Notes under the pieces: generated by a model
What the model was told of the DNA's origin: nothing
What the model saw: only the letters and a program-made list of their open reading frames with translations
The model's database searches: none
Made by a program: the position numbers and the translations under genes
Shown here: one piece after another, positions 6,782-14,418 of the stretch
Layout: each line of letters begins with the position of its first letter
Position numbering within the stretch: position 1 is the first letter of the stretch
IMG/VR virus record: IMGVR_UViG_3300048799_000004
DNA from: an uncultured virus (IMG/VR IMGVR_UViG_3300048799_000004)
Lineage: Duplodnaviria > Heunggongvirae > Uroviricota > Caudoviricetes
Strand: one strand, 5' to 3'
Length of the DNA stretch: 20,000 bases

Positions 6782-7843
6782 ATGAGTAATGACGGTCCTA
6801 AAATCTGTGTGCTGATTCCAGCGTTCAACGAGGCGCGCGTGATCGAAGGTACGCTCGATTCTCTGCGTGACGCCGGGTTCGAGTGCCGTGACATCTACGT
6901 TGTAGATGACATGTCGTCAGACGCGACGGCAGCACTAGCGCGCCGCAGGGGAGCCAATGTCTACACCGTCCCTGAGAAGGGCGGCTGCAAGGCGAACGCA
7001 CAGAACCACGGGCTCGCTCACTTCCAGCTTCAGAACAAGTACGATTGGGTCGTGTTCGTTGACGCTGACTCCAAGGTCGAGTCGCAGTTCCTGAACGCGA
7101 TGTACGAAGCGGCCGAGACTCACCCGGACGCTACGCTTTTGATAGGGCAGGTCAAGTCTGCCAAGAACAACCATATCTGTGCCGCTCTGCGCGCGTATGA
7201 GTACACCTTCTCGCACGAGGTCATCAAGGGCGGTCAAGCAAACTTCAACATGATTACCGTCTCGCCGGGCTGTGCCTCGATGTACAAGCTGGCCGACTTG
7301 ATGAAATTGAATATAGACTCAGGTACGCTCGCGGAAGACATGGATCTGACGATACAGGTCCACAGGATGAAGGGGAAGATCAAGTACATCCACGCAGCTG
7401 GCGTCAGTACCCAGGACCCAAGTACTTTCAAGGACTACATGAAGCAGAATATGCGGTGGAACCGTGGCTTCTGGCAGATCATTCTCAAGCACAAGACGTT
7501 TGCGTTCACGAAGAAACTACCTGTTGACTGGTACATGATGTATCTTGTACTCGACACCCTACTACTCAATCGACTATTCACTCTGCCGATCCTGTGCTGG
7601 CTGTTCCCGTTAAAATGGGTAGGCTTTGGGGTATTGGTTGATATGCTGTGCTACTTGGGGGTAGGTGTTGTCATCGCGCTCAAGACAAAGCGCTGGGATG
7701 TACTGTGTAAGGTGCCGATTTTTTACTGGCTGGCGTATCTGAATCTGTACGCCTTCCTGAGTAGTTTCGTAGAGATTATTCTGTGCCGGAAAAAGATCCT
7801 GGCATGGAACAAAGTTCAGCGTTACGATTTTATCACAACCTAA
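6782..7843 (+). CDS. Processive GT2 glycosyltransferase (PgaC/IcaA/cellulose-synthase-like)
   Basis: LIPAFNE, VVDDMSSD, KANA, FVDADS (DxD), SPGCAS, TLAEDMDLT, QNMRW (QxxRW) and C-terminal hydrophobic TM segments. Confidence 0.92.
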   Translation: MSNDGPKICVLIPAFNEARVIEGTLDSLRDAGFECRDIYVVDDMSSDATAALARRRGANVYTVPEKGGCKANAQNHGLAHFQLQNKYDWVVFVDADSKVESQFLNAMYEAAETHPDATLLIGQVKSAKNNHICAALRAYEYTFSHEVIKGGQANFNMITVSPGCASMYKLADLMKLNIDSGTLAEDMDLTIQVHRMKGKIKYIHAAGVSTQDPSTFKDYMKQNMRWNRGFWQIILKHKTFAFTKKLPVDWYMMYLVLDTLLLNRLFTLPILCWLFPLKWVGFGVLVDMLCYLGVGVVIALKTKRWDVLCKVPIFYWLAYLNLYAFLSSFVEIILCRKKILAWNKVQRYDFITT

Positions 7844-7857
7844 AGGAACCGTTTCTC

Positions 7858-8328
7858 ATGAAGACCTTATCGTTTGCAGTCGCTGCGATTCTCGCTTCGT
7901 CTGCTGTGCTCGCTGATGGCCCGCTCGCATACCCCGGTTCGTCCTGGGGTGCTGTGATCGCTCCAAGTAGCGTGATGGCTAACACTCCCGAGACCGGCAA
8001 CGTGCTGTACATGGGTAAGATCACCCAAGGTATTGACTGGTATAAGTTCGGCAAGTTCACGTTCGACACATACGCCAGCTTCACCATCAGCGACGACCAC
8101 AATCACCTGTCATACAACGACAAGATGATCCCGGCTGTTGGTATGCGCGTTGATCGCCACTTCGGCGACGGCATCGTTACTCTAGGAGTTGAAGAGTCGT
8201 ATGAGCATCATTGGGGTGACGGCTGGGACGGCCGCACTCTCGTGAGCAGTTCAACCCCTGGTATGAATGGCGCTGGAGTGCAGGCGTATGTCAGCTACTG
8301 GTTCGGCTGGAACCTCAAGGGGAAATGA
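7858..8328 (+). CDS. Secreted beta-strand-rich protein, probable outer-membrane beta-barrel subunit (156 aa)
   Basis: SD AAGGA; signal peptide MKTLSFAVAAILASSAVLA; alternating aromatic/hydrophobic strands; final strand VQAYVSYWFGW. Confidence 0.7.
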   Translation: MKTLSFAVAAILASSAVLADGPLAYPGSSWGAVIAPSSVMANTPETGNVLYMGKITQGIDWYKFGKFTFDTYASFTISDDHNHLSYNDKMIPAVGMRVDRHFGDGIVTLGVEESYEHHWGDGWDGRTLVSSSTPGMNGAGVQAYVSYWFGWNLKGK

Positions 8329-8329
8329 G

Positions 8330-8437
8330 ATGTACTTCCCGTTCAACTCATTCATCGTCAACGTAGTTATGCGGTGGCCGGTACTGGCCGCAGTCGTTGC
8401 TGCCTGTGGCGCTTGCTACGCTGCCTACAAGGGGTAA
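8330..8437 (+). CDS. Single-pass membrane microprotein (35 aa, MRWP motif)
   Basis: Manual translation MYFPFNSFIVNVVMRWPVLAAVVAACGACYAAYKG; AAGGGG upstream; fills the gap exactly; not in the ORF track. Confidence 0.6.
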   Translation: MYFPFNSFIVNVVMRWPVLAAVVAACGACYAAYKG

Positions 8438-8439
8438 GC

Positions 8440-8568
8440 ATGAAGACGTTCTTTGATGTGGTCATGAACATTGCATCTTCTCCTGGGGTCATCGGCGTAT
8501 GCATGCGTTGGCCTGCGCTGATCCCAGTTGCGGTGGTGCTGGTTGTTCTGTGTCACTACTACACATGA
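8440..8568 (+). CDS. Single-pass membrane microprotein (42 aa, MRWP motif)
   Basis: MKTFFDVVMNIASSPGVIGVCMRWPALIPVAVVLVVLCHYYT; AAGGGG SD; stop overlaps the next ATG. Confidence 0.65.
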   Translation: MKTFFDVVMNIASSPGVIGVCMRWPALIPVAVVLVVLCHYYT

Positions 8569-8984
8569 CACCCGACTTCATCCTCCCGTACGAAGAGACA
8601 GCGCAAAAGGGAGCATATGCAGCGAGCCGCGCGTTGATAGTCCGTCAACCGTGGGCCGACAAGATTCTTGATGGCTCAAAGACCTGGGAAATACGAGGAT
8701 CAGCTACCCACGTCAGAGGTCGTATTGGCATCATTCCCGCGCGGTCCAAGATGGTTTCGGGATACTGCAATCTAGTGGCAGTAAGGGGACCTCTAACCAT
8801 CAGTGAACTCTTAGAAACTGTTGGTTTACATGCGATAAACCGCGAAGAGCTTCTCCGGCAAGGACCGCCTTATCCTTGCACGTACGCCTGGGTCCTGGAA
8901 CAGTCGGCGAAGCTTGATCGACCGATTGCCTATAACCATCCGAGAGGCGCAATTATTTGGGTGCGCTTGCAAGACAGCGCGTAG
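8565..8984 (+). CDS. ASCH domain protein
   Basis: LIVRQPWADKILDGSKTWEIR...RGRIGI...YAWVL...P...HPRGAIIW. Confidence 0.85.
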   Translation: MTPDFILPYEETAQKGAYAASRALIVRQPWADKILDGSKTWEIRGSATHVRGRIGIIPARSKMVSGYCNLVAVRGPLTISELLETVGLHAINREELLRQGPPYPCTYAWVLEQSAKLDRPIAYNHPRGAIIWVRLQDSA

Positions 8985-8999
8985 AGAGGTTTTTCCAAG

Positions 9000-9416
9000 A
9001 TGACACCTGACTTTTTCAACTGCTGCTTCGAGGCAGTAGGGGCGTATTTCATCGCGCAGCACATACGCCAAGTCCTGAAGGATAAGGCAGTGAAGGGACT
9101 CTACATCCCTGCTACTGCGTTCTTCATGCTGTGGGGTTTTTGGAATCTTTTTTTCTACCCTCATCTCCACCAGTGGTGGAGCTTCAGTGGCGGGCTCGCC
9201 ATCGTGACTGCGAACGCTGTGTGGGTAGCGCTACTTTTGAAGTACCGAACTCGTATGTGCCAGCTCACGAACTGTGCTGATCGCGGCAAGCATCCGGCTG
9301 ACGCTGACCACACGTACTTCCGCAGCGCCATAGACGACGCATGCTCGCTGAATGATATTGGTGCCCGGCTCGACAGTCCCGATCCCGCAACCCTCGAACC
9401 TTTTGGAGGTCCGTGA
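9000..9416 (+). CDS. Three-TM membrane protein, PQ-loop/SemiSWEET-like
   Basis: Three hydrophobic helices; IRQVLKDKAVKGLY loop and WGFWNLFFY pattern; the canonical PQ is absent. Confidence 0.6.
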   Translation: MTPDFFNCCFEAVGAYFIAQHIRQVLKDKAVKGLYIPATAFFMLWGFWNLFFYPHLHQWWSFSGGLAIVTANAVWVALLLKYRTRMCQLTNCADRGKHPADADHTYFRSAIDDACSLNDIGARLDSPDPATLEPFGGP

Positions 9417-9595
9417 TGAATGAAGCGCCTAAGATCTACGCCCGACAGTTCTCTCGTTGGAACTTACGCGGCGCGACCCCTCGCTACAACGCGAAGGACA
9501 TCGAAGCGATTGACGTACTGCGCTCTGGGTCCAAGAAGACCGGGCGCGGCTTTCAGCCTGCAGGCTTCCGCAACGGCGCGAGGATACACCGATGA
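9413..9595 (+). CDS. Hypothetical protein
   Basis: GGAGG SD; 4-nt overlaps at both ends. Confidence 0.55.
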   Translation: MMNEAPKIYARQFSRWNLRGATPRYNAKDIEAIDVLRSGSKKTGRGFQPAGFRNGARIHR

Positions 9596-9798
9596 CAACT
9601 GATGATGTCCAAGAAGGCCATGTTAATGTTGCTGCCTACAACGGCAACCTACCGGTCAACTTAATGTCGAAGCGAGAGCTGATAGCTGCCAAGCTATTGG
9701 CTGGCATGCTGTCTGGTAAGAGTCTGTACCACCTGGAGGCATACCCTAGGATTGCTGTCTTGAATGCAGACTTGCTGCTGATCGAGTTGCAGAAGTGA
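9592..9798 (+). CDS. Hypothetical phage protein
   Basis: MSKRELIAAKLLAGML...AVLNADLLLIEL resembles a common small phage family (TKRE.FAA.AMQG...AV..ADALL.EL); coupled starts. Confidence 0.65.
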   Translation: MTTDDVQEGHVNVAAYNGNLPVNLMSKRELIAAKLLAGMLSGKSLYHLEAYPRIAVLNADLLLIELQK

Positions 9799-10244
9799 CA
9801 GCGCTCGTAGTCTATACGTGCAAGACCTGCGGCTTAGAGTACAAGCGACGCCGGGACACATGGGCGTCAAAGGATACTTGCAGCGCACGGTCCTGCTACG
9901 TTCGGCACAAGACCGGACAAAAAACTCCTAACACGGCCGCGCTCGATGCGGCAAGGGCTGCAGGTGCTAAGAGCTACATTGGCATATGTGCCAAGGGGCA
10001 CGTCGGCCCGCGATCCACGTCCAACTCTTCCTGCAATGAGTGCAGGCGCTTGCATCGCGGTCTCCGCAACAAGCCGAAGCACTACCGGGATGAGCGGGAC
10101 ACGACCTATCCAGGCGCGCTGAAGGTAGAGCGCAAGGGTCAGTTCGATGAGCATGGCATACGTCCGCCATTCAAGATGGAGTTGCTTCCTGGTCTTCACC
10201 CCACGGCCCGAGCATGGTTTCTCTCCCCAGCCCCCCGGTTGTAG
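9795..10244 (+). CDS. Cys-rich putative zinc-binding protein
   Basis: CKTC...CSARSC and CAKGH...RSTSNSSCNEC motifs. Confidence 0.6.
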   Translation: MTALVVYTCKTCGLEYKRRRDTWASKDTCSARSCYVRHKTGQKTPNTAALDAARAAGAKSYIGICAKGHVGPRSTSNSSCNECRRLHRGLRNKPKHYRDERDTTYPGALKVERKGQFDEHGIRPPFKMELLPGLHPTARAWFLSPAPRL

Positions 10245-10393
10245 TAGTTCCGAAGGCGACCCGCGCAGAGCTTCTCTCTGAGCTGGCGTTCTTCGAATTC
10301 GCTAATGGTGGACTCAGGGACACTAAGCAGGGCAAGGGGAAGTTCGACGCTCAGATCGAGGCGCTGAAGGCCGAGCTTGCCACGGTGCTATAA
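10214..10393 (+). CDS. Possible small protein (59 aa)
   Basis: Manual translation MVSLPSPPVVVVPKATRAELLSELAFFEF...FDAQIEALKAELATVL; fills an otherwise empty gap; start uncertain. Confidence 0.45.
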   Translation: MVSLPSPPVVVVPKATRAELLSELAFFEFANGGLRDTKQGKGKFDAQIEALKAELATVL

Positions 10394-10394
10394 T
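10386..10394 (+). promoter_or_regulatory. Extended -10 promoter (TGcTATAAT)
   Basis: Perfect TGnTATAAT about 25 nt upstream of the ATG at 10419. Confidence 0.55.
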
Positions 10395-10418
10395 GGTGGA
10401 TCACCAGGGGGTTCACAC

Positions 10419-10640
10419 ATGAGCGGAAGGGCTATGAAAGATGAGAGGCGCGGCAACACTGCCGGAGCTGCCAAGAATGGCGTAAAGCCTGCCAGCACGG
10501 TCAGCGGCGGCAAGTCAACGTCGTTTGCGAATTCTGATGCTGCAGCCAGCGCGAAGCGCGGCGGCAACGGTGTGGTATCAGACTCAGGCTCGGATATGAC
10601 TAACTCTCGTCATGAGTACAAGCCAAAGGGCGGCAGGTAG
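10419..10640 (+). CDS. Small basic, low-complexity hypothetical protein
   Basis: AGGGGG SD before the ATG; G/S/K-rich, 73 aa. Confidence 0.6.
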   Translation: MSGRAMKDERRGNTAGAAKNGVKPASTVSGGKSTSFANSDAAASAKRGGNGVVSDSGSDMTNSRHEYKPKGGR

Positions 10641-11031
10641 CTATAGCCTGTTGCTGGCGCTACTTCTGACAGGCTGCGGCTCGTCAGGATCTTCAGCGCC
10701 TGTCCCGGTGGTGACTCCTCCGGTGGTGGTCCCTCCCAAGACACCCCCTGTGGTAGTTCCTCCGGTGGTCACACTGCCAGCGCCAACGACCGGCGTCATG
10801 ATCCTCACCTGGGTAGACCCGACCGAGAACGTCAACGACACGGCGCTAACGAACCTCGCCGGGGTCAAGATCTATTACGACGACACCCAAACGATTACGA
10901 TTGGTCTCGGGCAACTGATCTACGAGTTCACCGACGTGCCCATTGGAAACCACTGCGTCTCGATGACCGCATTCAACACGCTAGGAGCCGAAAGCGCGCA
11001 CTCTCCGACCGTCTGCGAGGACGTGGAGTAG
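10612..11031 (+). CDS. Lipoprotein with Pro/Val linker and fibronectin type III-like domain
   Basis: Lipobox LLTG-C; (PVVxP)n linker; LTWVDPTEN...LTNLAGVKIYY...MTAFNTLGAESAHS FN3 pattern. Confidence 0.75.
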   Translation: MSTSQRAAGSYSLLLALLLTGCGSSGSSAPVPVVTPPVVVPPKTPPVVVPPVVTLPAPTTGVMILTWVDPTENVNDTALTNLAGVKIYYDDTQTITIGLGQLIYEFTDVPIGNHCVSMTAFNTLGAESAHSPTVCEDVE

Positions 11032-11122
11032 CAATAAGTTGATACGCCATACGCACTTAGTGCTATGTGCGGTAACACACAGACGGATTGAGAGCATACT
11101 GAATTGAGGAGACACAACAAAC

Positions 11123-11908
11123 ATGAAACACGCATTTAAGCTCGCGTTGGCACTGGCCTTTTTGATTGGCGGCGGCAACGCCTTTTCGCAGGTTCCGCCG
11201 ATTAACAACGCAGGGACTGGCAACGTCGCCAGCGGCAACGTAGTCGGAAACAACAACACGTCAACCAGCACCAGCACCAGCACGACTACGGTCAATGGCT
11301 TGGGCTCAGGTAACGGTGCTGTCATCTCTGGTGGTGCAGGCGGCGCGGGCGGCTCAGGTGGAGCTGGTGGTGCAGGCGGCGCGGCTGGCGCTGGTGGAGC
11401 TGGGGGCACGTCAGTGTCCAATTCCCAGGGCGGCAAGGGCGGAACATCTTTCTCGAACGCTGAAGGCGGCAAGGCCACGGCGAGCAACAACGTCGAAAGC
11501 TCAGGCAACGGTGCCGGGCAGTCGGTGAACCTATCGAGCCCTCGGTTGGCAGCTACAGCCATCGCAGGCTACGGCGAGACGACAGCGTCATGCCGCTACC
11601 ACGACGGGGCTGGTCTCCAGCTGCTGATCGTGGGCGCATCGTTCGGTAAGTCCAAGAAGGACGATGATTGTGCTCGGCTCGAACTCGTCAAGTACTTCTG
11701 CGCCAACAACGCGCCGGAAGCTGCCCAAGACGTAGCGTGCAAGATCTCATTCGTGAAGAACGCCCTGGGTGACGACTGTCATATGGAGCTTCTCTCCATG
11801 TGCGAGGTTGCTCAAATCGCGGTACAGGTTGATACGACTGACTTCGTCACTAAAGAACAGCTGATTGAAGTCGAACAGCGGCAGCTAGTGAAGCAGCTTA
11901 GTAAATAA
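11123..11908 (+). CDS. Secreted Gly-rich protein with Cys-containing C-terminal domain
   Basis: GAGGAG SD; signal peptide ending GNAFS; (GGA)n tract; six Cys in the C-terminal half. Confidence 0.75.
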   Translation: MKHAFKLALALAFLIGGGNAFSQVPPINNAGTGNVASGNVVGNNNTSTSTSTSTTTVNGLGSGNGAVISGGAGGAGGSGGAGGAGGAAGAGGAGGTSVSNSQGGKGGTSFSNAEGGKATASNNVESSGNGAGQSVNLSSPRLAATAIAGYGETTASCRYHDGAGLQLLIVGASFGKSKKDDDCARLELVKYFCANNAPEAAQDVACKISFVKNALGDDCHMELLSMCEVAQIAVQVDTTDFVTKEQLIEVEQRQLVKQLSK

Positions 11909-11919
11909 GGGGACACACA

Positions 11920-12141
11920 ATGGATTTTATCGGACTCGGTATTGCCTTCGTTGCCGGTGGCGTCGTAGGCGCAACGGTTGGGTACACTTGGTTGCACAAG
12001 CAACTAGCGTCTGCCCAGGCTGATCTCAACTCTGTCGTGACGAAGTTCGCCCCGGCAGTTGTCGCGGCTCACGCAGTCACCGCCCCTCCCGCATCAGCGG
12101 CTGCAGTTACGGCGGCGGTCGCGGCCTCGAAGGTGGCGTAA
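11920..12141 (+). CDS. Small membrane protein
   Basis: AAGGGG SD; N-terminal TM helix; Ala-rich tail. Confidence 0.7.
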   Translation: MDFIGLGIAFVAGGVVGATVGYTWLHKQLASAQADLNSVVTKFAPAVVAAHAVTAPPASAAAVTAAVAASKVA

Positions 12142-12142
12142 C

Positions 12143-12430
12143 ATGAAAGCATTACTTACGGCACTCGTTCTATCGGTCCTCGGCATGACGGCCGCGCAGG
12201 CTCAGGTCAGCATCGGTATAGCTGTCCCGGTAGTCTGTGGCGCATACGTCGGTGACGTAGGCTTCTACAACCCTGACTGTGGATACTGGAACGGCTACGG
12301 CTGGGAAGGTTCCGGCGTGTGGTTCTCAGTAGGGCATGGCGGCTACGGTCGTGGCGGCTACGGTCACGGCGGTCGTGGGCATGGTGGTTGGCATGGCGGC
12401 GGGCGTCATAGCAGCCACGGTCATCGCTAA
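12143..12430 (+). CDS. Secreted Gly/His/Tyr-rich small protein
   Basis: AAGGTG SD; signal MKALLTALVLSVLGMTAAQA; GHGG/GYG repeats. Confidence 0.7.
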   Translation: MKALLTALVLSVLGMTAAQAQVSIGIAVPVVCGAYVGDVGFYNPDCGYWNGYGWEGSGVWFSVGHGGYGRGGYGHGGRGHGGWHGGGRHSSHGHR

Positions 12431-12597
12431 TGACTGAGCTTCAGTTCGTCTCCCTGATCCTGGCGCTGGTGTGCATGGCGGTCTCCGTCAAGCCTCCGGT
12501 AAAACCGTCTATCAACTGGATGACAGCATCCTTCACGTTCATCATCCTCACATGGGTGATCGGCGTGGGCAACCTTCACACTTGGCACTTCAACTAA
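12430..12597 (+). CDS. Two-TM small membrane protein (55 aa)
   Basis: Manual translation MTELQFVSLILALVCMAVSVKPPVKPSINWMTASFTFIILTWVIGVGNLHTWHFN; TAATG coupling. Confidence 0.6.
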   Translation: MTELQFVSLILALVCMAVSVKPPVKPSINWMTASFTFIILTWVIGVGNLHTWHFN

Positions 12598-12607
12598 GGG
12601 AACGTCC

Positions 12608-12667
12608 GTGTACATCAGTATCGGAGCGGTAGTACTCATCGTAGTACTGATCTTTCTCTGCCGATAA
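12608..12667 (+). CDS. Possible 19-aa hydrophobic micropeptide
   Basis: GTG start after AAGGG; MYISIGAVVLIVVLIFLCR; ends at the terminator. Confidence 0.4.
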   Translation: MYISIGAVVLIVVLIFLCR

Positions 12668-12691
12668 AAAAAACCCCCATTCAAGGGGGTT
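12666..12691 (-). terminator. Terminator between convergent units (U-tract on the minus strand)
   Basis: AACCCCC-ATTCAA-GGGGGTT hairpin preceded by an A-run. Confidence 0.7.
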
Positions 12692-12754
12692 AATCTTCCA
12701 GCTGGGTAGGAGTGGACCCGGCTGGGCTGCGCGCCATCGCGCAATTCGAGTATT

Positions 12755-13093
12755 CTACCTTCTCGGCATCTCAGTCGCAACTACTACTGACTTGGATGCA
12801 CCCTCGGGGATCGGCGCTACCTTGATGCCCATCATCTTGTTGAGAGCAGTCACCAGGGGGTTGATCTTCCCGGCGAACTCAGACTTCAGCCCGAGCCACG
12901 GATTCTGCACAGGATCTTGAGAGACCTCATCCATCGCTGCCTGCGAGCACATAGCCCAAATCATTGCGCGCTGCAGGGAGAGCTGCTGGCTCATGACGGC
13001 TACGATAGCTGTCAGTGAATCCACCAACGCCTGCATGTCGCGACCCGCCTGCTCTGCCTGTTCCATCCGGCGTTGTGCTTCAGTTATGTTCAT
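12755..13093 (-). CDS. Hypothetical helical protein
   Basis: ATG overlaps the upstream stop (ATGA); coiled-coil-like N-terminus. Confidence 0.65.
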   Translation of the reverse strand: MNITEAQRRMEQAEQAGRDMQALVDSLTAIVAVMSQQLSLQRAMIWAMCSQAAMDEVSQDPVQNPWLGLKSEFAGKINPLVTALNKMMGIKVAPIPEGASKSVVVATEMPRR

Positions 13094-13623
13094 GACTGCA
13101 CCAGTAGCCGTGCGCGCCACAGGTCAAGGCGAAACGCCTTGCGCTCCTGGTGTCGGTCGTAGTGAGGGGTCCAGCTCTCCAGGAGCTTGATGGCGTCCTG
13201 GTACTTGCCCAGGCGCGCCAGCTCGACAGCGTCAGACTCGACTTGGAGCGATCCAAGGCCGTGAGCCATCGCGAGACGCACTCGACCCTTTGCCGGTGTC
13301 TGCCCAAGATCCTTCAGGCGTTCTATTTCCCTGCCTGTAGTCATGGCGCTCGTGCCTCGATGGCGCTTGCGCTGCAGTCCACGGAACCCGTTGAAGATGC
13401 CAGCACGTATGCGGCCGAACAGGCACTCGTTCCATGCCTCAGCGAGCTTGTTCGCGTACTTCGGCTTCTTCTGAAGATCCGCAAGAGGGACCTCATCAGG
13501 CACCGGTTCCAGCTGATTGACGTCGGTCTCTTTGACATGCACGTAGTCATCCTGGTCCAGATCTTCCTGTGTAGGCAGATAGCATTCAGAGATTGGGATC
13601 TCGCCGGTTTTAATTTCGTCCAC
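13090..13623 (-). CDS. Hypothetical protein
   Basis: AGGAG SD before the GTG at 13623; acidic N-half, basic C-half. Confidence 0.6.
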   Translation of the reverse strand: MDEIKTGEIPISECYLPTQEDLDQDDYVHVKETDVNQLEPVPDEVPLADLQKKPKYANKLAEAWNECLFGRIRAGIFNGFRGLQRKRHRGTSAMTTGREIERLKDLGQTPAKGRVRLAMAHGLGSLQVESDAVELARLGKYQDAIKLLESWTPHYDRHQERKAFRLDLWRARLLVQS

Positions 13624-13695
13624 GGTATCTCCTGATTGTAAGTTCAAGGGCTAGCATAACAGATGCCACGATCAAGAGCACTGACAGTGGCCAGC

Positions 13696-13947
13696 TCATC
13701 GACGTGGGAGGATCATCTCGCTGATGGTCCGAGCCTCGAACCGCATGCGAGTGTTTATGGTCATCTCTGGCGCTACCATTGTCGGCAGGTCAGGATCTGG
13801 GGCAGCCTGCAGCACAGGCGGGATAGCCTTCAGCTTAGTTGTGGCCGGGCACCACATTTCGACGTAGTGCACCTGTCTGCCTCCACGGTTCTTGCGATGA
13901 CGCTCCGTGTAGCACATACCATAGGCAACGTGATGGACGACCTTCAT
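13696..13947 (-). CDS. Hypothetical protein
   Basis: Member of an ATGA-coupled chain. Confidence 0.55.
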   Translation of the reverse strand: MKVVHHVAYGMCYTERHRKNRGGRQVHYVEMWCPATTKLKAIPPVLQAAPDPDLPTMVAPEMTINTRMRFEARTISEMILPRR

Positions 13948-14123
13948 TTGACTAGACTTCCAAACTTCTCGCGCAGGCGCGCGGCTTCAGCCTTGCGGCG
14001 GGTAATACATTCCTGGGCGGACTCGAACGTCCCGTCCGCCTTGAGCCTACACTCGAAGGTGACGACGTTGTCTCGCTCCAGGCGCTCTATGGCTTCGCGG
14101 CGCAGGGTGTCTTTGTGCTTCAT
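13944..14123 (-). CDS. Hypothetical protein
   Basis: ATGA overlaps at both ends; GGAG upstream. Confidence 0.55.
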   Translation of the reverse strand: MKHKDTLRREAIERLERDNVVTFECRLKADGTFESAQECITRRKAEAARLREKFGSLVK

Positions 14124-14266
14124 GTCCACTTCTCCAGGATGACGGGGTTTGAGTACTCGCAGCGGCAGGCTACCTTGAACTCGAAGTCGCTGATGTCTTC
14201 AGCGTCGTACAGGATATGCACTGCCCACACTGCCATCTGTACATCGATGCGGATGAACTCTCTCAT
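14120..14266 (-). CDS. Hypothetical protein (48 aa)
   Basis: MREFIRIDVQ...; ATGA overlaps at both ends. Confidence 0.5.
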   Translation of the reverse strand: MREFIRIDVQMAVWAVHILYDAEDISDFEFKVACRCEYSNPVILEKWT

Positions 14267-14418
14267 GCCTTGAACTCCATGCGCTTGGCTACCGGGAGCG
14301 GCGGGCGCTCCGCAGCCAAGAGCTTCAGGTGCAGGGCTGTCTGCTCCTGCTGGGTGACTAGCCTGCGCGTGTCGCGCGGGCGCACTATGACCTCGCCCCT
14401 GTTCCATGAGTAGTTCAT
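14263..14418 (-). CDS. Hypothetical protein (51 aa)
   Basis: GGAGG SD; ATGA overlaps at both ends. Confidence 0.55.
   Translation of the reverse strand: MNYSWNRGEVIVRPRDTRRLVTQQEQTALHLKLLAAERPPLPVAKRMEFKA

Noticed and set aside
6601..6894. 97-aa minus-strand ORF
   Set aside because: Antisense to two tRNA genes and the GT2 start.
6782..7843. GtrB serotype-conversion or DNA-glucosylating enzyme
   Set aside because: QxxRW and TxED motifs with multiple TM helices indicate a processive membrane synthase; no GtrA/GtrC or base-modification genes nearby.
11920..12667. Holin/lysis cassette
   Set aside because: Small TM proteins are present, but there is no endolysin-like ORF or dual-start motif to support the call.
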